From Octopus sinensis (lineage: Eukaryota), in assembly GCF_006345805.1 (NCBI RefSeq), contig NC_043006.1, positions 56,792,001-56,856,000 of the forward strand: a stretch of DNA of 64,000 nt, given 5' to 3'. Each line of letters begins with the position of its first letter. Positions within the stretch are counted from its first letter, which is position 1. The notes below the pieces were generated by a model. The model was not told the origin of the DNA. It saw only the letters and a program-made list of their open reading frames with translations, and searched no databases. Below are positions 37,430 through 49,842 of the stretch, in pieces. A program made the position numbers and the translations under genes.

Positions 37430-38090
37430 GGCTTTGGCATGACTTGATAAGCTTTCTCCACACTGGTCGGTTTCCCACTTGATTTTGCCATTTATTATGA
37501 CCGATTCTTTTCAAATTCATATTGCTTTTGCAGTATCTTTAAATCGCATTCTACGTCTTCCATAGTTTCTCCTTCCTTTGCATAGTTATGAATAAAAGAG
37601 TTGTCTGGGGATCCTGTTGTTATCCATCCTGTGCACCAGTCCCAACCAACGTAAATTTCTATCAATGAGGATTTCCATCATAAAAGGCAGGCTAGCACGC
37701 CGTAGGATCTCTTCAATCCTGATCTTGCTTCATTCTTTTGTTTAAACAGAAAGATATTCATAATCTGTCTCATCATATATACATGTAATTTGTTTACTTG
37801 AGCTTTATAGACTGTCCTGGTTTCAGCACCATGCAACAGAGTAAGAAGCACTATAACCTGATACACCTTACGTTTGACCTGTATAGAAACATGCCTATTT
37901 TACCACAGCCTCTTCTGTGACCTTTCAAAAGGAGAACTATCTCAGCTCATTCAGTATGTGATTTCTTGGTCCAGCCGTACATTATCTGACATAGTGCTGC
38001 CTAGGTATTTGAATTCATTGCGTTGGAGCAAACTTTCATCTCTAATGGTGATGTTTTCTTCTGTTACAGGGGCAGGTGCAGCCAAGTACT
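37430..38090 (-). mobile_element. RTE (BovB-like) LINE fragment, decayed
   Basis: Minus: FKYLGSTMSDNVRLDQEI and KVYQVIVLLTLLHGAET. Confidence 0.65.
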
Positions 38091-38148
38091 AGGAGTGAAT
38101 GTAAAATTTTCAGACCTTGTTCCTATAGTTGAGAGAATTATAGTAATA

Positions 38149-39431
38149 CGAGGGGCGTTCAATAAGTAATGCCTCTGACCCACTTGCCGTTGATTGATCT
38201 AGCTGAGAGTTTGCATGTGTAATTATTTATATCTCTATAGAGTAAGTGGCAAATTACAGCTCAGTGGTTTCTGATTTACATGTGTTTGAAATGAGTCAAG
38301 TGGGAAATGGAGCCTGTTGAGTGTCGAGAAGTGATCCGGTTTTTGTATTTGAAATGACGCACACCACTGGAGACTTTTGATGAAATGAAAATAACTTATG
38401 GTGATGATGTCCCATCATATGACCTTGTAAAACGCTGGCATCGTGAATTCAAACATGGTCGGAACTCTGTGGAAACAGCTCCCAGATCTGGTCACCCCCC
38501 TTCTGCCATTGATGAGGCATCTGTCCGTCAAGTTGAGGCTGCCATTTTGGAAGATGGACGCATAACTATTCGCCAAATAGCCCATGAGGTCAAGATTAGT
38601 ACCGGATCAGTGGAAACTATCATTCATGACCATTTGCATATGCAAAAGGTGTCTGCCAGAGGGATTCCCAGGTTGATCACACTTTTCCAGAAGCAAGAAC
38701 GCGTCGAGTGCTCGAGGATGAATTTAGGGATGTACCAAGAAGATGAGTCAAAATTTTTCAAAAGACTGATTACACAGGATGAGACCTGGGTCCTTCACGA
38801 TGATCCAGAGACCAAAGCCCAGTCAATGCAGTGGAAGCACCATGACTCACCTCCTCCAAAGAAGGCAAGGGTGCAGCCCTCCGCTGGCAAGGTCATGCTC
38901 ACAGTCTTCTGGGACCAGGACGGAGTAGTGATGACAGATTTCCTGGCAAAGGGTACCACAATTACAGGAGCCTATCATGCTTCACTTTTGAGGAAATTAA
39001 GAGAAGCTATCAAAACCAAGAGGCGGGGCAAGATCACCAAAGGCATCCTCCTCCTGCAGGACAACGCTCCGGTCTACAACTCGCTTGTCGCCAGATCAGA
39101 AGCACAGGCGTGCGGCTATGAATACTTCCCCCATTCCCCTACTCTCCTGACTTTGCACCCTCTGATTTTCACCTCTTCCCAGCCATGAAGTTGTTTTTGA
39201 AAGGAAAGCGTTTCCCAGATGATGCAGCCTTGATTTCTGACGTCACGTCGTGGTTGGAGGACCAAGCTGGTGTCTTCTATGAAAACGGTCTCCAGAGCTG
39301 TATCAAACGATGGGGAAAATGCGTAACTCTGGGTGGTTCCTATGCTGAAAAAGACTAAAACCTGTGCCAAGTTTCGTTGCTCTACTGCTATGGGAAGTGG
39401 GTCAGGGGCATTACTTATTGAACGCCCCTCG
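38149..39431 (+). mobile_element. Full-length mariner transposon (1283 bp)
   Basis: 37-bp TIRs CGAGGGGCGTTCAATAAGTAATGCC(T/C)CTGACCCACTT with one mismatch; TA at 38147-38148 and 39432-39433. Confidence 0.95.
38307..39358 (+). pseudogene. Mariner DD34D transposase, inactivated
   Basis: ITQDETWV, LLQDNAP, YSPDFAPSDFHLF; in-frame TGA at 38355 and a 1-nt deletion near 39137. Confidence 0.9.
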
Positions 39432-39745
39432 TATCTTAAACATTTTTTTCATTGCCGCAATATTGAAAGCTGCAAACTGGCAGAATCGCTAGAAAGTCTT
39501 AAGACATAATGCTTTGCCAGCTCATTCAGTTTTAAGTTGAAATTCCCCCGACATCAACTTTATATTTCATCTCTCCAACAACGATAAAGTACCAGTCAAG
39601 TATAGAGATGATATAATCTACTAAAACATTCCTCCTAAGACTGATGTCTTTGTACCAAAATCGGAAACCATTTTTCATTTGAATGATATTGGTGTTGTTC
39701 TTAAGGTTGAGGGATATTTTCGCTGTTTTTCTTCTTTTTTTCTTC

Positions 39746-40140
39746 GGGAATGGCTGTGTGGCAAGTAGCTTGCTTACCAACCACATGGTTCCGGGTCTAG
39801 TCCCACTGCGTGGCATCTTGGGCAAGTGTCTTCTACTATAGCCTCAAGCCGACCAAAGCCTTGTGAGTGAATTTGGTAGACGGAAACTGAAAGAAGCCCG
39901 TCGTATATGTGTGTGTGTTTGTGTGCATCTGTGTTTGTGCCCCAACATCGCTTGACAACCGATGCTGGTGTATTTACGTCCCCGTAACTTGGCGGTTCGT
40001 CAAAAGAGAGCGATAAAATAAGTACTAGGCTTACAAAGAATAAGTCCAGGGGTCGATTTGTTTGACTAAAAAGGCGGTGCTCCAGCATGGCCGCAGTCAA
40101 ATGACTGAAACAAATAAAAAATAAAAGAATAAAAGAATAC
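39746..40140 (+). mobile_element. tRNA-derived SINE (family A)
   Basis: Full head-to-tail copy. Confidence 0.85.
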
Positions 40141-40559
40141 AGGTGCAGGAATGGCTGTATATTTAAGAAGCTCGCTTTGTAACCACGTAGTTTCAGGTTC
40201 AGTCACACTGCGCAGCACCAATAGCTTCTTGCCATTATGATGCGTAGTTAGACAGGTTTTTTTTTTATAAAACGTGCCTTATGTCTTCAAGCAATCTACG
40301 TGCTCTGAGCACATGGCTCATTCTATTTTAAAATCAAGACGCTGGTACATGAGAAACCACGAGAAAAAAGCGAGAAGTTGGTGGAAAATGAGGAATGAAA
40401 AGAGAAAGCAGAATAAAAACAGAAAAAGAAAGAAAATTAGAGTTACATCCTCTTTGCCTGTAGAAGTTATAACTGAATTAAGCATTGAAGAATAATTCGA
40501 AGGAGAGGGGTCCAAAGTCTGCGAGACGCCTGCTCAATTCAGAAATGGTGGTGTCCTCC

Positions 40560-40930
40560 AGTTCACCCAAAGAAATTTGGCCATATGCTTGCATAAAATG
40601 AAAATTTTGGATCTGGACTTAAGTAGTGCAGTGGAATTCTTGATCTCAAAAGAATGTGCGAGTTTTCGGCTACGCATAAATTACATTTCTTAAATCCATT
40701 TTCATATGGCACGATTCTCCACTTGATTGTTTATAGTGTCCAGTTGATCTTCAAACTCAATACGTGGCTAGTCAATTTAATAGCTTTACTTTTGTCTATG
40801 TTGCGGTAAGAAGACGAGTAGTTTGCAAATTTCTTTTAAAATTGCCTTCGATGTAATTTTTCTGTTCAGTTACGTTATCTTGAAGAGTTGCTGTGACTTC
40901 TAGACTTCTGCTTCATAAACTAGTTTTTTC
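40560..40930 (-). mobile_element. PLE GIY-YIG remnant (type resembling 4860-5535)
   Basis: Minus frames give LVYEAEV, FANYSSSYRN, IKWRIVPYENGFKKCNLCVAE, like PLE endonuclease C-termini. Confidence 0.55.
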
Positions 40931-41022
40931 TCCCATACCACTTGCTAACCAGTGTTGGTTTGTTTACGTCCCCGAAGAAATTTAGCGATGCTTACTCGCA
41001 TGGTAGCGCATATACTTAACAA

Positions 41023-41281
41023 GGCAAAACAATATGCAAATTACTCCCAGCGACACACCCCTCCACACACACACCCGCGCACACAGCAAAAAAGTTGTTT
41101 GTGGGTACAGTTAAAGTAGAATATTCTGTGAGATTGGATACATAGGCAAAACAATATGCAAATTACTCCCAGCGACACACCCCTCCACACACACTACGTA
41201 CACACACACACCCGCGCACACAGCAAAAAAGTTGTTTGTGGGTACAGTTAAAGTAGAATATTCTGTGAGATTGGATACATT
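41023..41281. repeat. Tandem duplication of ~125-135 bp
   Basis: GGCAAAACAATATGCAAATTACTCCCAG...GAGATTGGATACAT occurs twice back to back. Confidence 0.9.
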
Positions 41282-41844
41282 ATCAATAATATTAATACGC
41301 CAATCTGTTTTCTGTACGTACGTGACACGTGTGTCTCGTTTAAGAGAAAGCAATTTTGTTGCTTCACAAAAAATTACTAGATCTTTTGTAATTTCTGGAA
41401 GAGATTTAAAACACCACCTATGTGTTGTATCACTACTTCTAAATACCTATGTCTACTGGGCCATCGAAGTAGCAACGATCTTAACGAGAAGATTAAGATA
41501 CTTAAATTTGATGTGTATGTCGAGTAAGGGAGAGAGGAAGTGAGGGAGAAGGTGAGAGAGAGGAAGTGAGGGAGAAGGTGAGAGAGAGATGACGGCATGA
41601 AACTGTCTTTTGGGAGTGGTTGATAGGTATTTGAATTCCTTTCTACGATTGAACTGAAATTGAACCCTGGCTATTAAAGGCCCAACCACACAGACACACA
41701 CACACACACACATTTGTTTTAGGTCTTTTACCCATTTAAATTCGGCCATACATCTGATAACATGGTAAGCCTTATGTTCGGAAATTTAAATTATAAAATT
41801 ACACCTCAGCTAAAAAACATCTTTTGGCTTTCGAATACAACCAT

Positions 41845-42123
41845 TTCTCTCTCTTTCTACATTTTTTGTTAAGTTACTATTTTGGTCAGGATTTTTCCAG
41901 TTTATGTTTTCTTGTATCAAGTAATGGATTTAAAAAAAATTAAATTCATAGAGCCGAACAAAATCAAAAATATTAATTCTATTTTTCCCCTTCCCTTATA
42001 GTATGAGAGAGATTTGACTGTTATTTCTAGCAAATTGAACAAATACAGAGTTGTTCGATTGGCTCATTTGTTGATGTGTATAAATAAACTAAAACTAAAA
42101 GACACACACACACACACACACAT

Positions 42124-42154
<31 letters not shown>

Positions 42155-42161
42155 ATGAATA

Positions 42162-42195
<34 letters not shown>

Positions 42196-42395
42196 TGTGA
42201 TAATAAGTGTCGCGTGGTGGAAATAAACTCAAACTTTCTCTTTCTATATTTTTTGTTAAGTTGGAATTTCTGTTTTGGTCAGGATTTTTCCAATTTCTTT
42301 TTTCTTGTATCAAGTAATTGACAAAAGCATTTTTTTTTAAAATTAAATTCATAGAGCCGGATAAAATCAAAAATATTAATTCTATTTTTTCCCTT
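41845..42395. repeat. Dispersed ~165-bp direct repeat (41845-41995 and 42235-42395)
   Basis: TTTGTTAAGTT...GGTCAGGATTTTTCC...AATTCATAGAGCCG...AATATTAATTCTATTTTTCCC occurs twice, separated by a CA/TA/TG tract. Confidence 0.75.
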
Positions 42396-43069
42396 TACTT
42401 TTTACTTTCCTACAATATAATTGATTACCGTATTCTAATATACTGTGTCCTTGCATATTAAGTTTGTATTTCAGAAATATTTTCACCTCTTAAATAAAAG
42501 CTGTCAAATACATTCCTATACGTTTTTCAATTGAAACACTCTGAATCATTTTCGAGATTTATTGTTTTGACAACAAGTTTTAAAATATGAATAATCGCAT
42601 GAGGGACGCAGTACGAGATCGTCAGCGTAGAAGGGGAGAACGGTTGCCCGAGGAACAGCGGGAGGAAATAAGGAATCAAAATCGCGCAAGGATGAGACAG
42701 AGAAGAAACGAAATAAGCCAAGAGGAGAGAAAGCAGAGGAGGGAAAAGAAGGAGGGAAAGAAATCAGCAAAGGATAGAACAAATGAGCCAGGACCAAAGA
42801 GAAGTATATTTTCAAAATAACAGAGACAGAGAACCGTCAAATGACTGAAACAAGTAAAAGAATAAATGAATACGAGAAAAACGTTCCGTACCACTAAACT
42901 CTGAATATGTTCACTGTATTTTAAGGCTAAATAGCAATTCTGTTTACGTTTGACTAACTGAGATATATTGGTTGGATTATATAGTTATCGGTTTTATACT
43001 TCTTTCTATATTCTGTAACTGTCGCAATATACTTGTTTACTATAGGCACAAGTCCTAAAATGTTTTGAG

Positions 43070-43728
43070 GGAGGGGGGCCGGTCGATTAGATTGACCTCA
43101 GTACGCAACTGGTACTTAATTTATCGAGCCCGAAAGGATGAAAGGCGAAGTCAACCTCGGCCGAATTTGAACTCAGAACGTAAAAACAGATGAAATACCT
43201 ATTTCTTTACTACCCACAATGGAGTTAAACACAGAGGGGACAAACAAGGACAGACAAACGGATCAAGTCGATTATATTTAATTGACCCCCGAAAGGATGA
43301 AAGGCAAAGTCGACCTCGGCGGAATTTGAACTCAGAACTTAGCGGCAGACGAAATACCTATTTTTTTACAACCCACAAGGGGCTAAACACAGAGAGGACA
43401 AGCAAGGACAGACAAACGGATTAAGTCGATTACATCGACCCCAGTGCGTAACTGGTACTTAATTTATCGACCCCGAAAGGATGAAAGGTAAAGTCGACTT
43501 CGGCGGAATTTGAACTCAGAACGTAGCGGCAGACGAAATACCTGTTTCTTTACTACCCACAAGGGGCTAAACACATAGAGGACAAACAAGGACAGACAAA
43601 CGGATTAAGTCGATCACATCGACCTCGAAAGGATGAAAGGATGAGTTTGAACTCAGAACCTAACGGCAGACGAAAATACGGCTACGCATTTCGCCCGGCG
43701 TGCTAACGATTCTGTCAGCTCGCCACCT
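43070..43728 (-). mobile_element. SINE family B tandem array (one head plus several body units, some partial)
   Basis: Repeated GGATGAAAGG(C/T)AAAGTC core; single head at ~43670-43728. Confidence 0.85.
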
Positions 43729-44569
43729 TTAACTGTAACAATATAGAAACATTTCTCATGGCACCAGCTCACAATTTATAGATGCTTACATTTTTTATGT
43801 TTCTCATGAATTTTTCACGGGCACAGTTAGTTTATTATAAATGTATATATATTGATTAAATAACCTAATTGTAATGTATAATGACTTTTTTCATTTCTTT
43901 TAAACAGGCAAAAGGCTATATTTTGTGTGAGCTGCAAAAATGACTTGAGCCAACTCACATAAACTAGTTACTAGTAATTTTTCGTCGTTGAATGATGAAG
44001 AGGAAATTGACCCAAATGGTATTTGAATTCCGAACAATGAAAGATGAAACGAAAGGTTGTAAAGTATATTAGTACAGAGCCACAATTTCTATTAAGGCCA
44101 ATGTAATTTATTATATACTAGCGTATCCGTTATGTATTTCTGTTGAGAACCGACAATAAAATAAAGTTACAATATGGAACATTACGCTCTTTTGTTAAAT
44201 ACAAATATTTACTGTAATAGACTTTACTTTAAACAAGCTTGACAAAAAAATTGGTTCGATAAGAGCTTTAATACTACATAAACTAGCCAAATTCCGATGA
44301 TGTTGACTCATCGGGGTTCATAAAATAAGTACTGGTTAAGTTTTGGGGTCGGTGTAATCGTCTTACCACTTCCTCCAAAATTGCTGACCTTGTAACGAAA
44401 TTAGAAAGTAAATTGCATAAACTTGCAGTATTTGTCCTGGCTCTTTACGTTCTAAGTTCGAATCTAGCCGTGGTCAACTATGCCTTTTATGCATCTGCAG
44501 TCGATAAAAAATACCCACCATGTACTGAGATCAATGCTATTGACTAACCTATTATCCCATCTCTCTCAT

Positions 44570-45150
44570 ATCTCGCAGAGATATGTGTCTAGTGTAGAAT
44601 AAGTGTCACTGCACCGTTTATTTCCTCGTTTGAGGCAGGCCTTAGTGGTTTCCTTTTGTTGAATATGAATCTCGTCTTACGAGTTGTGCAGAAATTAGTA
44701 GTATGGTATTTCTTGATTGTGCGAGTATGCTGGCTACATGCCGTTATATATTACTGTTCTCAACTAAATCTATTGTCGAATGCAGTGTGTCACTATCACA
44801 GAAAGTTACAGCATAGAGATATACTTCTCGTGACTCGCGACACACACTGCTGATAACCAATTATTGAGGTAACATTCCATCTTATTTTCGCTTTGAAAAC
44901 ATTTGCTTTGTCAATTTCGACAATTCTTCCGGGACCACCAATATTTAATGAGTCGCGGAGTAGATCCTCTACGCATACCTGACGTAAATAATTGCTGTAA
45001 TCAACGGCCGTAGTGCTTCAGATTGGTAATGCGCTATGCTCATTTCCTTCCCCCATGAATATAAAAACAGAATCACTGCCCTTAAGACAAAGTGTGATAA
45101 CGTTGACGTTGTTCTCATGGAAAACATAATTGCAACATGCCAGCAAATGA
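44570..45150 (-). mobile_element. Merlin/IS1595-like (ISXO2) transposase remnant
   Basis: Minus: DYSNYLRQVCVEDLLRDSLNIGGPGRIVEIDK (cf. DW.NF.R.VC...IGGPG..VEIDE); downstream frames broken. Confidence 0.55.
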
Positions 45151-45199
45151 GATTTCCGATTGGTTGAAATGACATAAGTTTAACGATTTATGTTTTACT

Positions 45200-45580
45200 T
45201 TTATCTGTCGTTACACTGCAGCCATGCTGGGCGCCGCTTCTGAGAATTTTTAGTGGAATGAATCGACCCCAGTACTTTCTTTAGGCCCGGTACTTATTAT
45301 ATCGGTCTCTTTGCCGAACTGCTAGTTTACGGGGACGTAAACAAACCAGCTCCGGTTGTCAAGCAGTGGTGGGGGGGACAAACACAGACGCGCATTTAGA
45401 CACATACATACATTACATATATACCTCGGACTTCTTTCGGTTTCCGTCTACCACATCCGCTCACAAGGCTTTGGTCGACCTAAGGCTATAGTAGAAGACA
45501 CTTGGCCAAAGTGCTTCGCAGTAGGACTGAACCCAAAACCATGTGGTTGGGAAACAAGCTTCTTACCACGCAGCCACGCT
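45200..45580 (-). mobile_element. tRNA-derived SINE (family A), diverged
   Basis: Recognisable head and tail motifs. Confidence 0.7.
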
Positions 45581-46137
45581 TACTCAAGACTTGTAATTTT
45601 TTTCTTATTAATTTCTAGAGAAAATAAATACTATATTGATTATGAGCATGTGAAACTACATCAATGCAAAAAAAGCTTGAAAAAATACTGGCTGTAGGAA
45701 GAGATTAAAAAAGATTATATTTTTCGTTTATGAATTTGTATTGCAAGATTTCATTTGCCCACAAAGGCAATGAAAGATGCCAGTTAGTTTGAAGTTTTCA
45801 GCTCACATTACATATGTGAGACACAACTCTGTTTATCTCTTATTGTATGATTGCCTGTCTTACTGCATGGCTCTAATTCTACCTTAGTGTATATTTGTCT
45901 GTTCTATTTACTAGGTGGTTCTGTGTCTTAGTTACTGTTACATGCCCTGCCTTAGTGGGTCACTATGTGTCTAAGATTGTTTTTCATACCCAGTTGACCT
46001 TGGCAATTTTCTTTCCCACTTGAACTTTAACTAACACCCTTTCTTCCTCATTCCCTTTAACTCCCTCGCTTTTCCTCATCACACTGTTTCCCTCTCTGCC
46101 CATCCTCTCTCTCACTATACATATATATATATACACA

Positions 46138-46211
<74 letters not shown>

Positions 46212-46216
46212 CCTAC

Positions 46217-46263
<47 letters not shown>
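46138..46263. repeat. (ATCT)n/(AGAT)n inverted tetranucleotide tract
   Basis: A TATC array is followed directly by its complement. Confidence 0.9.
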
Positions 46264-46264
<1 letters not shown>

Positions 46265-46316
46265 GTGGGATATGTATATATAAATATGTGAGTGAGTGTG
46301 TATATATGTTTATATA

Positions 46317-46505
46317 TTCTTTACTTGTTTCATTTGACTGCGGCCATGCTAGAGAACCGCCTTTAGTCGAGCAAATTGACCCCAGGACTTATTCTTTGTA
46401 AGACTAGTACTTATTCTATCTGTCTTTTTTGCCAAACCGCTAAGTTACAGCGACATAAACACACCAGCATCGGTTGTCAAACGATGTTGGGGAGACAAAC
46501 ACATG

Positions 46506-46551
<46 letters not shown>

Positions 46552-46708
46552 CGACAGGCTTCTTTCAGTGTCCGTCTACCAAATCTACTCACAAGGCTTT
46601 GGCCGGCTCGAGGCTATCGTAGAAGACACCCAATGTGCCACCCAGTGGGACTGAACACGGAACCATGTGGTTGTTAAGCAAGCTACTTACCACACAGCCA
46701 CTCCTGCG
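46317..46708 (-). mobile_element. tRNA-derived SINE (family A)
   Basis: Full copy. Confidence 0.85.
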
Positions 46709-46755
46709 CGTATATGTGTGTGTGTGTGTGAATACAGTGGCGGACTGAGTCTAAA

Positions 46756-48109
46756 AATATTGGGATTTGTACAGTTTGGCTCACAGGTTTTTTAAGTAAT
46801 TTTTCTAACTAAACAGTTTGAAACTTCGTATACCAGTGTAATTTCTCACGTAGAATACGGTTTACTTTGAACATTTTTGGCAAAATTTTGTATTTTAGAA
46901 GTTATTTCGTGTTAAAGTTGTCATATTTGGGTAATTTTAACCAATCAATGACGTATATTTAGTTGAAGAAAGCTACTGCTGTTTGAGATAGTAATAGAAG
47001 AGGAACAACTCCCGGGCATCTCCACTAAATGTCACCATTCTGTTCTCGTACATTTCTTACTCTTTCCGTTTCTACTAGCAGACAGCCACTTCTCCACTAT
47101 CAGCTACCAACCAGCGAGCGAACTTGTCACTGTCACTACAACTACCGTATTTTCCTGTGTATAAGCCGCTATTTTTTTTACCTGGAAAATTTAGTGTGCG
47201 GCTTATAGAAAGGTGTGCCTAACATGTGTACTTTTTTTATAAGTTTCAGGAGGAAAATAATTTGTGTATGGAGTCGACTGATTTCGCTGATTTTTTCAGA
47301 GGAAATGTCCATTGGTGAACAGTGTGAAAGACTACGGCTACAGTACATTGGTGCCTGGAAGAAAACAAAGCGTATTTGTTTGTTCTGCATTCGTATTTTG
47401 ATAATGTTATTTTTAATCTAATAAAGACTTTTATATTGACGAAATGTGTTTGCTGTTGATTATAGTAAGATAAAATCATAACAATAACAATACATCTCAG
47501 AGTTGTAAAATGGCGCTTTTTGAAACTACATACACGTCAACAACACAAAAGCTAGCTGCGGACCCGTAGCTCTATAGGTCTTTTAAACACCGGTGTGCTT
47601 TATGTGTGGACAAAACCAAAATTTCCCCTAAAATTCGGCCTTACGGATTAAATACCGATGTCGGGCAAGCGAATAAATATATGTAAATAATATTTCTTTC
47701 TTTTTGGTGTTGATTCTTCGATGTTTACTGGTTACTCCGACGCGAGAACCAAAAAAGAAACCAAAAAAACAAAGGGCATGTAATATGCAACACAGGCAGT
47801 AAATAAAAAATGAAATAGAACAGAGTGATGGCATTTAGTAGAGATGACCCGGCGGTTGTTCCTCTTCGATTACTATCGCAAACAACAGTGGCTTTCTTCA
47901 ACTGAATACACGTCGTTGATTAGTTAAAGTTACCCAAACACGACAACTTTAACACGAAATAACTTCTAAGATATGAAATTTTGCCAAAAATGTTCACAGT
48001 AAACTGTGTTCTATGTGAGAAATTACACCAGTATACGAATTTTCAAACTGTTTAGTTAAAAAAATTTATTTAAAAATTCTGTGAGCCAAACTGAACCGAT
48101 CCAAATATT
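46756..48109. mobile_element. Non-coding fold-back element with ~280-bp imperfect TIRs
   Basis: 46756-47038 mirrors 47828-48109 (CAGTTTGGCTCACAG, AAGTTATTTCGTGTTAAAGTTGTC, GAAGAGGAACAAC); AATATT at both ends. Confidence 0.8.
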
Positions 48110-48954
48110 GATGGCCAGGAGACTAAGGGGGCCCACCCGCAATGGTTGATATATATCTTTAAACCAGATAAATAGTATTATTCACCCTCGCAACCTCGTA
48201 TATACATTTTCTTTTTTTTATTCACTATAAAAGGCTAAGACACAGAAGGAACAATACAAGACAGACAAATCATGGGGGTCAAAATAGCGTATGGATAATG
48301 AAAGAGTGGAAATGGACATGGGGAACCCCACAAACCATGCATCATCACTGGTCTTCTTTTATAATCACTGGTACTTACGTTCAAGTCATCTCACTTACAC
48401 ATGTAACAAGGTATACACTTTTCATTCACAACTCAGAACAGAAAAAATGGTTTGGAGCAACATCAATATATTTACGCATCATGCAGTTATTATTAAGAAA
48501 TTATTAAGATGGAGTTTCGGATGAGGACGCCTACATAAGTTTAATTTTCTTCGTTCTTTTTTTTTTTGGTGGGGGGTTGGGTGGGTACCTTTTATGCTTA
48601 GTTTTATTTGTTTTATCTACTCCGCGTTTCGAAGGTGAAACGCGGAGTAGATCAAACAGGGACAGCTGATGATGGGGAATATTCTTTATGTTGCATGTCT
48701 GGTTTCTTTGTTTGCTTTTTTCGTTGTTCGAAAAAGTTTGTTTTCTATGTTTTTGTTTTTATGTTTTCGTTTCTCATTGTGTTCAACGTTTTTTTATGTC
48801 CTGTATACATATATGCATGTATATATACATATATATGTAGTTATGTGCATATATGTATGTATATATGCATATATTTATATAGTATTTATATTATAATACG
48901 ATCGAACGCTACGTATCCTTTTCCAAGTAAGTTATATATATATATATATATATA

Positions 48955-49185
48955 TATACATAGGGAAAGTTTACGAAAATAAACAAAAGACGAAGGCAGG
49001 TGGAGTATAAACAAACAAATGTATTAGTATAGCGCTCAGGAATAGAAATAGAAAAAGTCTTTTACGTTTCGAGCCTACGCTCTTCGACAGAAAGATACAC
49101 AGAAGAAAACAAGGAGAGAAACAAGGAAAGAAACAAGGAGAGAAAAAATTGCGTGTAGGAGCTAACGATCTATCATATTAATTAT
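48955..49185 (-). mobile_element. PLE terminal repeat (same family as 52960-53165) ending in (TA)n
   Basis: Shared AAAAGACGAAG(G/A)CAGGTGG...ACGTTTCGAGCCTACGCTCTTC block with the 3' end of the PLE at 50430-53165. Confidence 0.75.
49058..49095 (-). ncRNA. Minimal type I hammerhead candidate (CUGUCGA core)
   Basis: TCTTT-CTGTCGA-A-GAGC GTAG GCTC-GAA-ACGT-A^-AAAGA; 5-bp stem I, 4-bp stem II, palindromic stem III, GUA triplet. Confidence 0.55.
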
Positions 49186-49550
49186 AAATAAGGGCAAAAA
49201 GAAAAAAATTTCTTTGCCAATTTGCTGAAAAATAGACGCTGAATCGTCTGACCACATAAAATATTTTCCCTTGTGTTATTACACCACGTACCGAAACGAG
49301 GAAAGCATGCTAACAGAAATTCATGATAAGTTTTAAATAAAAGTTTGTCCTTATATTAGAAGTAAATTAATTCTCATTCACTTCGAGACTGGTTAACCAC
49401 CTGAGTGCGTTTCCTGACCGACTACACTTGTGCCGAGGTTTGCTACAGTATTTCGATTTGGATATATCTGTGGTACTTAAATGTATTGATGACTTTGCAT
49501 CTGTTTTTCTGTGTGTATGTCTAAGTACTTCATTTATTTTCCTTTTGTGT

Positions 49551-49612
49551 TCCTCGCTGATAGAGGAAGAATCCTTCTTGGATTAATCCAGAAATCGGAA
49601 CCGATTCGGGGA
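49551..49612 (+). ncRNA. Hammerhead-like motif with single-base insertions
   Basis: TCCTCG-CTGATAGA-GGA...TCC-A-GAA-ATCGG AA CCGAT-T^-CGGGGA; stems I and III pair well; core has two extra As. Confidence 0.4.
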
Positions 49613-49790
49613 TATCTATATTTTTATGAATTTCTGTTAGCTTAGGTCGGCTCGAGGCTATAGTAGAAGACACTTGTCCAAGGTGCCACGCAGTGGGACT
49701 GAACTTGGAACCATGTGGTTGGTAAGCAAGCTACTTACCACACAGCCGCGCCTGTATGTATTGACCTTGTATATATGTATGTGTGTGTGT

Positions 49791-49842
<52 letters not shown>

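Noticed and set aside
40985-41060. snRNA gene suggested by ATACTTA and an octamer motif
   Set aside because: No continuing similarity to U1 or other snRNAs.
43885-44070. Coding exon after a strong acceptor (TTTCTTTTAAACAG)
   Set aside because: All three frames stop within 60 nt, and I saw no partner splice sites.
47143-47660. Tigger/pogo-like MITE nested in the fold-back element
   Set aside because: The left end TACCGTATTTTCC is suggestive, but the right TIR is too degenerate to call.
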